63,022 nucleotides of DNA, filler included, from Asterionella formosa (GCA_002256025.1; 24 parts of 24 records of this genome joined end to end with filler, not necessarily neighbours in it), one strand, 5' to 3'. Positions 22,219 through 34,906 are shown, counted from the first letter of the whole stretch. Translations and numbers: made by a program. The notes: a model not told the origin generated them from the sequence alone.

Positions 22219-25120
22219 CCACTTAAAAACTGTAAGCCACCGTTATTATACTCTATCTTTCAACTAAAAATATTCATGTAATTCAACAATCAAAACTTGA
22301 TGCAAGTACAAAGCTTATGCTAGACAATGCTTGCTGCTATACTATTAAGGAATCAGTTTTGATTCAGTGTATCAAGCCATGCATGAAGAAATAATTTTTC
22401 CAAAGTCACTAAGATTATTGCATAGCGGTGGCTTACAGTGCATATTTTTCTATGTGTACATTTATATATTTTCCTCCCAAACTGTGTTTATTTTTACTCT
22501 GTTTATTCTACAAAAATTATTTTCTTATTACTTTATGTTTTACACTTTTGCAGGGCAGCATCATCGTTGAAGAATTCTTCTGATGCATTACATTAATCTC
22601 GAGCTTCTTTGCATCCAATTACTTGATTGCGGAGTCTCATACTTCATCACGGAATGGTGGATCAGCAGTAGCAGTTGTAGAAGGAGAGGGAATAGCAACA
22701 GGAGGAGGTGCAGTAACAACAACCACAGCCATAGGAGGTGTATGGAGAGGGAATGGTGGCTGCTGGTCACCACGGTGATTGGTGTTGTCGAATCTTGTAA
22801 TCATAGCTTGCCTTATTTGTGGAACCGGCAAATCACCTGATTGTTTGTACCAATGCACCATTAATTTCAATTCTGGCACAGACATCTGTTCTTTTGTTTT
22901 GTTCTGTTCCTTCAATGTAAGTACTTTTCCGCAAAGTGTATTGAATTCTTGTTGCCTTTTTGTTTCTTTTGTACTAATGACGATGTCTGAAATTCGCTTC
23001 CATTCCAGTATAGCAGCAAGAATATTTGGCCCAAGGGCAAAGGTTGCTTTGTGCAGAGGCCAGTAGTCCTGCTGATATCCTCTTCTTGTGTCCCTCAATG
23101 TGTGAATCCACTGTCTCCTTTCTCTTTCTAGCATGGGCCTCCTGGTCGATTCCATTTCGCTCATCCTCGCGTTTGCAAAACTCGTTAATTCTTCTAAAAA
23201 TTGTTCCAGCAAAGCTAGTTTGGAGGTTTAACTCATCAGGAGGGAGAGTGGCAGTCTCTGTGGGCGAATTGATGTTCTGTTGTGGTTGGGTCAGTTGAAT
23301 CTCAGGGTGAAGCAAGACATAATAGTTCAGGGGATACCATCCTTGTTCATAAATTGCTTTCTTGTTTGTTGCAATATTAGCAAAGGAATTTTCCCATGCC
23401 GTATTCACCAGTCCAACAAGGTCAACCTTGTTAATTGTAAGCTCTTTCCTGTGATCTGCTTTTAAGGTGAGCAATTTGCGTTTTGCTTTTGTGATGTTCA
23501 TTTTGAAACAACCGTTTTGCTCACTACTGTCTCCAACCTGCCAGTAGCTTGTACCATAAGAAACATCAATACAGACTGTCCAATTGTTGTGTACTGGGTT
23601 GTTTATGTATTCAAGGAACAAAATGTCAAATCGAGACCCATGTCCATCAAGTATTAGGAATGGTGGGGGCCCATTGTTTTGAGGAAAGATGCCAGAGTCA
23701 TCCGTGTGCTTTATCATGCCAACCAGAAGCTCTGAAGCGATTTAGCCGTTTTCCGACACACAACAGTATGTAGGCAACTGTTTCCCTTCCACATCACAGA
23801 CTGGTCCTTGTGGATATCGTTTTCCCTTTCCGCTGTTGCCATGTATGTTTTCATCCTCTCCTTCCCAAGCAGCAAACGGATCTAGGCCAAGCACCCATTC
23901 GTCTTCCAGGGCTTTTGCGGCAAAAATAATTGTGCACATTATTGGTTGACCATTGGCTGCAGTGAATCCTAGGACAGTAAAGTGTGCATCTTTGGTTGGA
24001 CCCAGATTTGAGGACGGCCACCTGCAGTGCAAAGAAACTTTTCGCCACCAACATTGCCATCTTTTGTTTGGGATGTATTGGAACAAACTTCGTCCACAAA
24101 GAGGAGACGGTCAGGACTGATTAGCTCATATTCACTTGCTAACCCAAACGCTTCCTGCTCCTCAACTACTAACCCTTCTTTTGAGTACCATTGTTTGCTT
24201 GGGTTTCGTCTTGCAACTCCTCCAGCCACCATTTCTTTATAGACTTCTTTAGACATTGATAAGAAGGACTGGTACATACACCAATCTGCATGTTTGCTCT
24301 CAAATGTCAATGTAGACACCATGGTTGCAGTTGATGGTTGAAAGAGGGATGAACCAGAAGTGGTATTAATAGTAGTACTAGACTTAACTTCTAGTTTAGC
24401 ACTTCGTTTTAGTTCATTCTTCACTTGGTTAACAGATATCCAAGGGAAAATGCATTCTTGCTTAGCTGATACTGTCCTAGAAATAGCACCATAAGGCATT
24501 TTTCCACCATTGTTAGCCTTCTTAGCTTCTAGCTCCCTAATCACATTGTTAAGACACCTCTGAACACTGACCAACTCTTCAGGAGACAATTTCTTTCGAG
24601 GCAAGGCATCGCTTTGTCGAGGCCCTTTCGAGGTCATGATGTTGGTATTGTGACAGGTGATGGGTGATTGTTGTGTTTGCATTTAATTTTTGTACTCATA
24701 ATTCGGGCGCACCAGGAATTCCTATTTGACGTTTTCCATTAGTGAATTTATCTCTTTATTTTGGCGCACGAGCGAAAGCGCAATGACGTTGTAGCCATAT
24801 TAAATAAATTTTAGAGGATACTAAATTAGTTTTCTAGTGGAGGAATATTGTTATACCTGTATACGAATGTAAAAGGTGATGCTTGTTGCTCAATCGAGTA
24901 AACGTGAAAATATCCAATTTTCGCAATTTCACGTCGACAGCAACCTTTGGGAGATAATACCTAATTAACGATGTACACAATGCAACAATACAAGTACGGA
25001 ATTATTTACTCGCTATATAAATCTGAACAACTCGTTCGTGACAATAAATAGCGTATCTTGTTAACTTAGTTCAAACCGTGCGTTTACTCCGTTTAGCGGT
25101 GGCTTACAGTTTTTAAGTGG
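22219..25120 (-). mobile_element. pogo/Fot1-like (Tc1/mariner superfamily) DNA transposon, 2902 bp, both ends present
   Basis: Perfect 24-bp TIRs CCACTTAAAAACTGTAAGCCACCG (22219-22242 and 25097-25120), flanked by TA on both sides (22217-18, 25121-22). Extra partial TIR at 22426-22439. Confidence 0.93.
22637..24682 (-). pseudogene. Frameshifted DDE_1-type transposase of the pogo-like element
   Basis: Four consecutive fragments in different frames: LLFVDEVCSNTSQTKDG; HFTVLGFTAANGQPIMC; FLILDGHGSRF...YGTSYWQVGDSSEQNG; and C-terminal LMVHWYKQSGD. Confidence 0.88.
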
Positions 25121-25248
25121 TACATCAGGTAAGACCTACGTAAGAGGAAACCCGTCAGACAGGAAGGAGTAAAAGACCTTTTAACACAGATACCCGGTAT
25201 GAAGATACACAACAGGCATGTGATTGTTCTACATACCGGTACCAGTAC

Positions 25249-25869
25249 CAGGGAATACATGTTGAGACAATGAATCAAACAAATGAAATTTCCCATCATC
25301 CATTAAACAGACCATGATAAAATGATGTTTAATTTTAATTTTGTACACAACTGCTTGACCACAATGGAATTATTGGATGGAATATTTCCACTAAAGTTTG
25401 AAAATGAAAAATTCCTATTTCACACATATACTGCTGGTATTTAGACTAACATACTGGTAGATGAGGTAATCATTCAATAATAATTTTTTTGCAGAAATAT
25501 TGACAACAAAAATTGAAATCGCTGCTGGATGTGGTTTGCTCATTTTTCATGATACAGCCAAAGGGGAGGCAGGCACTATTGAATCCGCAGTGGCTCACTT
25601 GATAACTTATGCTAGATGATTATTTCTATCTACTATACAAATGAATGAGAATATTTGAGAAAATGAAATCTTGGAAATGGTGCTTGTAACAGCTCAAAAT
25701 GCAAGAAAAAATAACATATTTTTGTACTGAGATTCATGAACACTAATTATCATTGGTTCATTTTGCAGTTAAATACAGACATAGTACTTAGTAGACATTC
25801 AACAATACACTGCTTGCCCTTTTGGTAACTAGAAATTTCGCATCGTATGAATAGACACTAATTCCCCTG
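25249..25869. mobile_element. Probable non-autonomous hAT-like element (CAGGG termini); related right end at ~9625-9712
   Basis: Starts CAGGGAAT and ends AATTCCCCTG. The last ~80 bp resemble 9630-9712 (ACATTCAA..CACTGCTTG..TAGAAA.TTCGCATCGTA..AATAG..AATTCCCCTG). The 8-bp flanks ACCAGTAC and ACTAATAT match at only 5 of 8 positions. Confidence 0.4.
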
Positions 25870-26459
25870 ACTAATATGATTATAACAGACAATGGTGGTA
25901 CTGGAATGATAAACTATAATGCTACCGGGTACTGTGGTACACTGGTATGCATGATATTGAAAGCCCACATATCCAACAAGTAAGTACCACAAATATGTTA
26001 TTTTGAGGAGTCATCATTGAGGTACTGCACTATAATGTTGGCAGACCAAGGATTTGTGATGACGTGGCATAATTATGAGCCACTTTATGCAAATACATGT
26101 GCATTCCAGTAAATTTGGTCAATCTTTGCTGAAGCTGAGAATTGTGTGATGAACATATGCTCAAATTAAACTCCAAGGAAATCATTGCTTCATGCAACAT
26201 TGAATTTCCATTTCAGCCAAATCAGGGAATGGCCATGTATTTCATTGGATTTGGCTGGATGTGAGCAAGAAGGGGGGTTCTCATCTCATTTCATGATGCT
26301 GTTTTGTAACTTCATTGAACCACCTGATTAGTTGTTTTGCTGGGAACAAGTCAATGCCATCTCCATGCAGAAAGTATCATGTACTAGAGAGAAATCTAGG
26401 AAAACCATTGAAGATATAAAAATATATCAATTGCATAGATTGCTACATTAATTGTCCAT

Positions 26460-28292
26460 TTATTTATTCCTTTTTACTTGCATATAGTTCTTGTCATTGT
26501 ATCCCATCAATAATGTTCTATCCAATTCATTTCCTTCCATCTCATGTGTAGTATTGCTGCTGCTACTGTCATTGGAACTTGCTGCAGAAAAGAAATTAAG
26601 TGAAGCAGTATCCAGCAGGAGCCCCATGTTAAACTGTTCATTATCATCGACAACATCATTCAATCGACGCATTAAGGACAAGCTCAACACCAAACATGAC
26701 ATTCCCATGATAAATGCAACAATAAGCTCAGCAAAGACTAAAACAATAACCCATGATGCTCGAATGGGTGGAGGTGGAGTGTAAGAAAAGGCGTTATCGG
26801 GAATGACAAGATTGTATGCAATTGCTGCAGTGGCTGTCCACGTTGAGGAACAAACATCCCGATACTTGAATGGGTGACTACTATGAGCGTCAAATGAAGC
26901 AACAAGTGCAATGTTACAAGCACTGTCTTGTTCGTCGTTCTTTCCGCTGCTTGTTTGACAAAGTAGATTGAGTGTCGAGTTGGAGACATAGTGACCAAGA
27001 CCATCAATTCCATTCCGTTTGAGCCCTCGAGAAACTATATAGTTTAACAATGGTGAAATATATGCATCTGCCTTGCATCCACCAAATGACCAGAGAGGAT
27101 AATCTCCACAATCAAACGCGAAGTCCCCATTATGTTGCATGAGGTGAAATGTCACATCCTCTACCCAACTTCTATTTTCCATTTTGGTCCACAATCCCAG
27201 AAAGTTGGTTGCATCGGGTTGAACTATCCATTCTGATGCAAATTTGGATAGGAATGACCTTGTTGGCGTATGCCAGAGGCTATCAAGGACATTTTTGCTG
27301 GTCTTCTCCCACTCGACTAATTGAAGCAACTGGAATTTGGAGGGCGCCGTAATGGAATCGACAAGAATGTCCGCCATAATCTTTAAATCTCGATTCGACT
27401 GCAACAAGGCTGCAGCATTACCAACATCAAGCATTGAAAATGGACAGGATTGGAGCATGTGAGTTTCACAAGCCGTTTCGTTCTCGATGCTACCATTAGA
27501 TTGACAATCACGAGTTGCATTCGATTGGCACTCAAGTAGGTAAATCATTGCTAGATAAGTATCGTTGTCAAAATTCCATGCATTTTTTACTTGTGACGGT
27601 ATGTTAAAGGCGAGCGTCCAGTTGGTAGAATGCATTTGGTCGTTGATTGGTTTAAGAGAGTTGCCGACGATCCAATCATCGGCCAAGGTAGTCTCCCATG
27701 GATGTATCACGTTGTAGCAAGCATCACCAGGACAGTTCCGTAGTACCACGGTATGTAAATACTCATGATAATTCCATAAGTGCCAAAAGGCACGTTCCAA
27801 TCCATCCAGATCATCGTCTGTTTGATTCGTCAAATAAAAAGTCTCCAGCACCAGCGATGCATGAATTGGAACCGACGAAATCCGTTTGGATGAAGAGATC
27901 AATTCGCTCTTACCGTAGGGGTCAAACAATCGCCTACTGGGAATGGTGGTGTTTGGCAAGTAGTAATCGACGCTGTCGGTCCCAAAGTATCGATATTGCG
28001 GTATCAGTCCATGTGACATCCCAAGAAACAAAGCATCCAGTGCTCCCCACGCAGCTGCGGAGTCCCCCATCTTGGCATAAGACCGAGCTGCTAGTAATCC
28101 GGAAGTGGATTCCGAAACCGTGTGTGCTGTGGAGCAAGGAGTCGGATATTGAAGCGTCACATTCGTGAAAGAGTCGCAACGTGGATTGCTGTGATGTGCT
28201 GTTCGGCGAGGGCACGCGGGAACGGTCACGAGCGCTCGATTGAACTCTAGCAATTGCCTTGAATGTTCTAACAATGAGGTGAATTTGGACAT
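26460..28292 (-). CDS. GH63-like (mannosylglycerate hydrolase-type, (alpha/alpha)6) protein with one C-terminal transmembrane helix; catalytic motifs appear degenerate
   Basis: 610-aa ORF with ordered GH63-like blocks: ALDALF..GLIP, PIHA, YHEYL, VIHPWET, PFSMLDV.NAAALLQSNRDL, SLW and WTATAA. Hydrophobic stretch WVIVLVFAELIVAFIMGMSCLVLSL; many N-x-S/T sites. Confidence 0.6.
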   Translation of the reverse strand: MSKFTSLLEHSRQLLEFNRALVTVPACPRRTAHHSNPRCDSFTNVTLQYPTPCSTAHTVSESTSGLLAARSYAKMGDSAAAWGALDALFLGMSHGLIPQYRYFGTDSVDYYLPNTTIPSRRLFDPYGKSELISSSKRISSVPIHASLVLETFYLTNQTDDDLDGLERAFWHLWNYHEYLHTVVLRNCPGDACYNVIHPWETTLADDWIVGNSLKPINDQMHSTNWTLAFNIPSQVKNAWNFDNDTYLAMIYLLECQSNATRDCQSNGSIENETACETHMLQSCPFSMLDVGNAAALLQSNRDLKIMADILVDSITAPSKFQLLQLVEWEKTSKNVLDSLWHTPTRSFLSKFASEWIVQPDATNFLGLWTKMENRSWVEDVTFHLMQHNGDFAFDCGDYPLWSFGGCKADAYISPLLNYIVSRGLKRNGIDGLGHYVSNSTLNLLCQTSSGKNDEQDSACNIALVASFDAHSSHPFKYRDVCSSTWTATAAIAYNLVIPDNAFSYTPPPPIRASWVIVLVFAELIVAFIMGMSCLVLSLSLMRRLNDVVDDNEQFNMGLLLDTASLNFFSAASSNDSSSSNTTHEMEGNELDRTLLMGYNDKNYMQVKRNK

Positions 28293-29656
28293 GACGACGA
28301 CGGCTGATTAGAATCATGTATAAATATTATCGAGAGGCTGTGCGTGATAGGAGACAAAAGTAACAAGGTGTTTTCCATGAGAAGCGATCAATAAGTACCA
28401 GTGTAACAACGATACTTAAAGTCGAATTCATGGGAATTCACATGCATTGTCTTCAATCCTCACGCTTTGGACACGAGCGACAAAAGTATAGAGATGTAGA
28501 GAACGACTTCAATTCATCACACAATTCAGCGAAATAAAAAGCTAGATTCCTCCAGTGGCAATATTACTACCGGTATGTATCACTTTCAGGAAATGAATAC
28601 TGTATTACTTCCAGAAAATTCCTACCGGTGTAAATTTCAGGAAGTATTAATATGACTTCCAGGAAATGCATTTGGAAATTTCAGGAAATGCTTTCAGTTT
28701 TCCTTACGTCTCCAAAATCGTCAAAACTTACTTATTTTAGGCTATGGTTTAAGTCATTGGGATCATTTTGAAATACTGGTACTAGTTACTAACTATTACC
28801 ATATATAGTCTATACATCAAATTCAAACCTGTACCATCATAGTAGTACTCAGTAGTACTTACTACTATAGATCTAGGGCTCCGGGGGCTGCAGCTGACAA
28901 AAAGACAGGTCCTGTTGTACCATACGGACAAATAAAACCAGTACTAATTGTGTCCATTGTTTCATTTATTTGGGCACAAGTGCGATTATTGGATAGCTCT
29001 AATGTACTATAAGATTTGATTGATAATTTTAAGATACAGTCTGTATTGTATCTTCACTGATAAGATCATCTTGGGAATTCATGGGAATTCACATGCTATT
29101 CAATCCTTAAGCTTGTACATGTGGGATGAAAGTATAGAGCAGTTTGGTAATTTTGTACTAGACTAGTAGCTAGAAACTGCCTAATAAGAGTAGACAAAAG
29201 CAATATCTGAGTATGGGAGAAAACCAAGCTTCAGCTTAGTAATCACCAGTATCAAATGCAGGCTAAGGTCGGGGTCATGATGGTTGAAAATTTTGTAATT
29301 GTCATGTGATATCATCTAGTGGTAGTAGTAATTCACCTCGACTATTGGAAAAAGAAGTTTCTCTATGTACTAGTTTTGATTCCAATATTAAAGCTATTAT
29401 GACTAGTCTAGTAGGAGAAGAATTGAATTCAAGACAAAGGAGAAGGGAAAGAAGCAATTACTAGCTAGTACTAGTAAATTCATAATGATAAAGGGGGGAC
29501 TGATGTTTCATCAGAACCAGCTACTGCTTCACTGTCCCAATTTCTGACGAGAAACGACATGCTAGTACAGGACTCATCATTTAATTCATTGTTCCCCCTG
29601 CAATCATCCACTACTCTCAGCAGAAACAACGGCATCCAGCAACCAAAAACAACACA

Positions 29657-30225
29657 ATGGGACTCCCCACCCCTGAAGCCAAGAAAATCTTCAACCCTCT
29701 ATCAAAGGAGTCCACCCTGAATGCAATCACAAAAGAAAAGAAATCTTTATGCAAGCAAATAACTCCAGCTCTGGATACCTCCTATTGACTCATAATCTCA
29801 ACCCACTTAACCAAGGAGACAACATCACCCATCATCACAGGTGGAACATCCATGAAAATTGCCAGTAATACATTGCTCACTCACTCCAAATTGCATAAGA
29901 TGACATGAATATCTGGAGATGGGGACATTGTTGCACTGTTCTCACACTTGCCACACATGCATACATTGTCTCCAAGTGGTACCACATTTTACGAAAACAC
30001 CGCAAGCTCCAACTGAGAATAAACTCAAAAGATCTATCACCCTCCCTCAACGCGAGCCCTGAAATCTGCATGAGTATTCAACAATATGCCAAAGAAAACC
30101 TGGTCGAAATATATACATGAAAAGGTCTTACCGGCCGGCACTTGTCCATTCGAAATTCAATGAACCTGTTTAAAGGGTACAAGGAGGAGCAGAGTGTTAG
30201 CTATTGTTGCCCTGCTGTGACTTGG
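29657..30225 (+). pseudogene. Possible decayed N-terminal part of a DNA-transposon transposase
   Basis: Broken reading frames (..SKWYHILRKHRKL..EICMSIQQYAKENL..) recall stramenopile transposase N-termini. No catalytic residues before the contig end. Confidence 0.25.
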
Positions 30226-30325
30226 NNNNNNNNNNNNNNNNNNNNNNNNNNNNNNNNNNNNNNNNNNNNTTAATTAATTAANNNNNNNNNNNNNNNNNNN
30301 NNNNNNNNNNNNNNNNNNNNNNNNN

Positions 30326-31100
30326 GACGAAATAAAGCTCGCCTTTGAAGAAGTATCTACACTGAATGACTGCGAAAAAGTTTTGAAGGTGACTGGTGGG
30401 GTACCCTGGCAGGTGAAGAAATTGATTTCCTTTACCCTTTCTATCGATGATTATGAAGAGGCTGAATTGTGCACAATTCTGAGATCTTCTTGACAATTTG
30501 AAAGAAACGAAATCGTAAACGAAATTTGATCGTATCACCTTATCTGCGGTTTATTGTGTTTTGTTAACCATAGTAGATGAAAAAGAATATGACAGGAAGT
30601 ATTCAATTCCTGGTAAGATGGAACATGCTGATCACTATGAGCCTTTGTTTCCTATGGTGATAGTAGCCTATCGACGTTACTTTTGGAAGGCTATCATGGC
30701 TTTTGCCCATGAACACGAGCAATTACTTTTGTGTGTCTGTGCCAACCCTAGTCTGAAAAATGATGCTCGTGATCGGATATTCTAACTCATTGTGATTAAT
30801 CGCTGTTCACTCAATGCAAATGTTACTTTGGAGGGATTTCTTTCTTTGAAAAAATGCAATCTCATTGAAACCTTTCCCTCCGAGGGGACCTTTCCCTTCA
30901 AATGAGTTGCCAAAAGTCATGGATAAGGATGGAATGTATGTACCCCAAAAATGCAATTTTGCTGCAATTGATCTGATCTGGAAGTCTGGAAAAAAGGTGT
31001 GTGGTGTCCTGGTACATACTTCCAATCACCACAATTTGTTGGAAAAGTTCAATGTGTGCAACGGCTGGAACAAAGCATTGCTGATTCTGTTCAAAGCAAT
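30326..31100 (+). pseudogene. Crinkler/RHS-type (NTPase + REase-like) relic
   Basis: VTGGVPWQV; then DRIF*LIVINRC (degenerate GxxFExxV); then MYVPQKCNFAAIDLIW..GVLVH (PxxxNFxAID motif). Interrupted by stops and frameshifts. Confidence 0.5.
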
Positions 31101-31967
31101 GTTCCTCAAACACAGGGGCCAATCACAGTTGTTGCACTATGCAAAAGCAGCATACCCTGTCTCACTAGTTTACAATGGCCATAACTCGAATAAATCTGTA
31201 TTCAAATATTCCTTGTTACTCCCTTCCATACCTTTTGAGGTCAGCCACTTATTAGGTAAATGCATCTTGTAGGCCAATTCCATGTGCTTACAGCAGTAAG
31301 TTTGTACTTCCTCATCACTTTGTCCTGATCCACTTTTTGGTTAGTTCCACACAGATTCTGTCCAACTGGTATTCCTCAATTGATGGATTATGAGTAGCTA
31401 GCACAGGACCTTTTCACAGGCCCTTTTCACAGGCATGTGTCATGCTGGTTTCCCACCTTCTTGATTAGAATACTATTGCAGAGTAGACAGGCAGCATTCA
31501 ATTCTGTTTCTGGAAGGTAACAAAATGGATACATGTATCATTTCTCTGTCTACATGAGAAATTCTCCATCATTCATACCACGATTTTTGCCACGACTAAT
31601 CACAGCGATATTATATCTGGCCAGCTACAAGGATGATGTTTAACATTTCCTTTTGTTCTGCTAGTTGCTCCATTTTCGACAGTTGTTTTATACAAAGTAC
31701 ATCTCTTTTTTAAGAATTTTATTTTATTTTATCACCCCTAAAAAAATAAACCTCAAGATATTATTATTCTGATGCCAACTATTTTTAGCTTCTACTCTGT
31801 CTACTGCATACGCCACTTTACATGGTGCTGATGACAACGACTCTCGCTGCCATGTCTTTTTTCACGCNNNNNNNNNNNNNNNNNNNNNNNNNNNNNNNNN
31901 NNNNNNNNNNNTTAATTAATTAANNNNNNNNNNNNNNNNNNNNNNNNNNNNNNNNNNNNNNNNNNNN

Positions 31968-33509
31968 AAAACACATACCAGATTCTATTGCAATTAATCC
32001 TATTGCAAGTTCACCCCACTCTTCACCACCAGTGCCAGCAGTTCGACGATCTGAAAGAACAAATAAGGGTCAGTATAATTGTACAAAATATATTGACAAA
32101 GTATATTTGACCATGCTGGATCAAACCAGCCAAGCATGATAATTTCTACAAGAAACAGCTGGCATATTCGACAGAATTATTTACCTGTTTTGACACAGGT
32201 GTTCACAACATTACTGACCCTCGAGTGTATGCAGCCAAAACACGACGCAAAGATGACCCTGATTCTCCAACGTTTCATCAGGCTATTCATGGCAAAAATT
32301 CAGAAAAGTACATAAAAGCCATGCAAATAGAGATTGCAACACTCATTCTCCAACGTACCTGGGAATCTGTGCCAAGAACTGCAAACCTCCACGTATTAAA
32401 AGGTACATGGGTATTCAAACTGAAACGGCTCCCGGACGGCACACCTTATCGCTTCAAAGCACGCTTTTGTGCACAAGGAGATCTCCAAAAGGAGGGCATC
32501 GACTTCTTCGAGACCTATGCACCTGTTGTCCTTTGGTCTACCATCCGCTTGCTATTGTTAACTGTTCTCACTGAGGGCTGGTCAACCCGTCAAGTCGACT
32601 ACACCAATGCATTTGCTCAAGCCGATCTCAAAGAAGAAGTATATCTGGAATACCCTCGCATGTTTGGACCCAAGTCCAGCACCAATAAAGTGTTGAGACT
32701 GATAAAAAGTCTGTATGGACTTCGTTGAGCTCCTTGCACCTTCCTCTTTGAGAAACTTCGGGAGGGACTTTTGGAACATGGGTACACTCAATCTCAAATT
32801 GATCCATGCCTGTTCATGAAACAAGGAATTATTTGTATCTGCTATGTCGATGACACCATATTTGCTGGAGCGGACTCACTTGTTCTTGAAGCTGAAATCC
32901 AAAGCCTCGGCGTCCATGAAAAGGAACAGCGTCACACTTTTGCACTTAAAAATGAAGGGGAAGTTGGTGCATTTCTTGGAATTCAAATTTTTAAAACCGG
33001 ACTGCAGGAATATAATCTCACTCAAACCGGACTATTTTACAAAGTCCTTGCAGCAACTGGCATGTCTAAATGTAATAAAGTGGATACACCATCGACTACT
33101 ACTCCATCAGGAATCGATTTCGATGGAGATCCGTTGCTTCACTGAAACCTGGCAATACAATTCAATCATTGGCTGGCTGATGTACCTGTCTGCGAATACC
33201 CGCCCAGATATTGCTTATGTCGTTCATCAAGCCGCTAGATTTTCCCATGCCCCACATCATTCTCACGCCATTGCCGTTTGCCGCATTCTTCGCTATTTGC
33301 AGAAAACAAAAACCATGGGGCTTCTGTTGAAACCAACAAACTCACAAAGAGTGGATTGTTATGTCGATGCCGATTTTGCAGGTCTTTTTGCTGTTGAAGA
33401 TAATCAAGATCCCATTTCAGTCAAGTCCCGTACTGGCTATGTTGTGCTGTACAAAGGCAGCCCTCTCCTCTGGGTATCCAAGATGCAGACTCAAATTGCC
33501 TTGAGTACC
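31968..33509 (+). mobile_element. Ty1/copia pol fragment (RT and start of RNase H), pseudogenised
   Basis: WVFKLKR..FKARFCAQG, FETYAPVV, QVDYTNAF, KSLYGL, YVDD, TRPDIAY, YVDADFAG and KSRTGY. In-frame TGA at 32726-32728 and a frameshift near 33130. Confidence 0.95.
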
Positions 33510-34906
33510 NNNNNNNNNNNNNNNNNNNNNNNNNNNNNNNNNNNNNNNNNNNNTTAATTAATTAANNNNNNNNNNNNNNNNNNNNNNNNNNNNNNNNNNN
33601 NNNNNNNNNAGATTGCAAAGTCACCAGGTCGCAAACAATGTGGGCAACGTATCTCGCCAGCACCAACAACATATCACTCCATTGCTCCCTATCAACCTAA
33701 TCAAAACTGTCCTCCTCAATTTTCCAATTCACAAACATCCACATCAGCCAGTAAATTTTCGACGCATCTTGCTCCTCCTCCTGCCGGATACTGCCAGAAT
33801 TCTGCACCGCCAGCACCAAGAAAGCTCCGCTATCAAGATGTTGCTCCTCCAACACCTCCGTAACCACAAGTACAAATCAATTCATAAACCAGCATTGCCT
33901 CTTAATCCATTCAGGCATCGGTTTCTGCTCCGCCAGGCCCGATCTTAAAATTTTTGAAATTTCGTTGCAACGACAAAAAAGTGTGAGTTGACAATTGTTA
34001 ATGAATATGCGTTGACAAAATTTCACACGATTTTTCCGCTGACCCATTTTCATTTTCATTTTTACTCTACTCCCTGCTTGTCATTTTCACGTCTTACCTT
34101 TCGATTTCCGTTTCATACTTTGGTTGCTTAACAACATCGTGTCGAAATTTCGATGCTTGTTACAATCATTCTTGTGTGACTATTTTTCATGCATATACCG
34201 GTACCGGTATATTCAATGGTCCATGCATTTTTGATGTGTCTAAGCTTTTTCCCATGAAAATTCTACTCCTGACGTTACTCGATGGTCTCTGCTGCTCAAA
34301 CCTAAAATTGACTGCCGAAAAATCCAATGTGCCCCATATTGCCCCTTAATAAAAAATTACTTAATGAAACCAAAAATTGCTTAGACAGCCACAGTTCTCA
34401 TCGAAAAGCAAGACGATAGCTACGGCGGGGATTGCCGGTTTAAGGCACTCAAACAATCCTGTAGGCAAGGCACTCGGAAGGTATGTATATAGGGGCGAAG
34501 TTGATTTGTGTTTATAAAGAAAAATGCAATACCGGTGGGCTACAATTACCTGCTACCTTTTGTGTGCGACAGCAAACGAAACATGAACTAGTCTTTGGAG
34601 ATGTTCTATGTAGGTTCTACTGGAAATAATTATGAAGTGCCTTACGAATCTACATTTTGTCAAATATATCGCGAGAAAGATCGGCAAAATGGGATGCATT
34701 CCACTGTGATTAGCAAGGCTGGTAATCAGGTTCTCCAGGTTCATGATGACCTTACGTCACTCGTGACAACAAAAACGAAAATGTTCCCCTTTGTGAATGA
34801 ATTACACAAATGACTGCTGATGATAAAAGAAAGGCTCAAACGCTTATGCAATATCCAACATGTCCTATCTTCCCATTCGATTACAAAATAAAGCAAAACA
34901 CCAAGA

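Noticed and set aside
28424..29140. Local duplication GAATTCATGGGAATTCACATGC...AAAGTATAGAG at ~28424 and ~29074
   Set aside because: A short diverged repeat without termini or coding signal; too little to interpret.
32726..32728. In-frame TGA in copia RT as programmed readthrough
   Set aside because: It falls in the middle of the conserved RT (LYGLR*AP), the context is TGA-GCT, and the same copy has a frameshift. It is a nonsense mutation.
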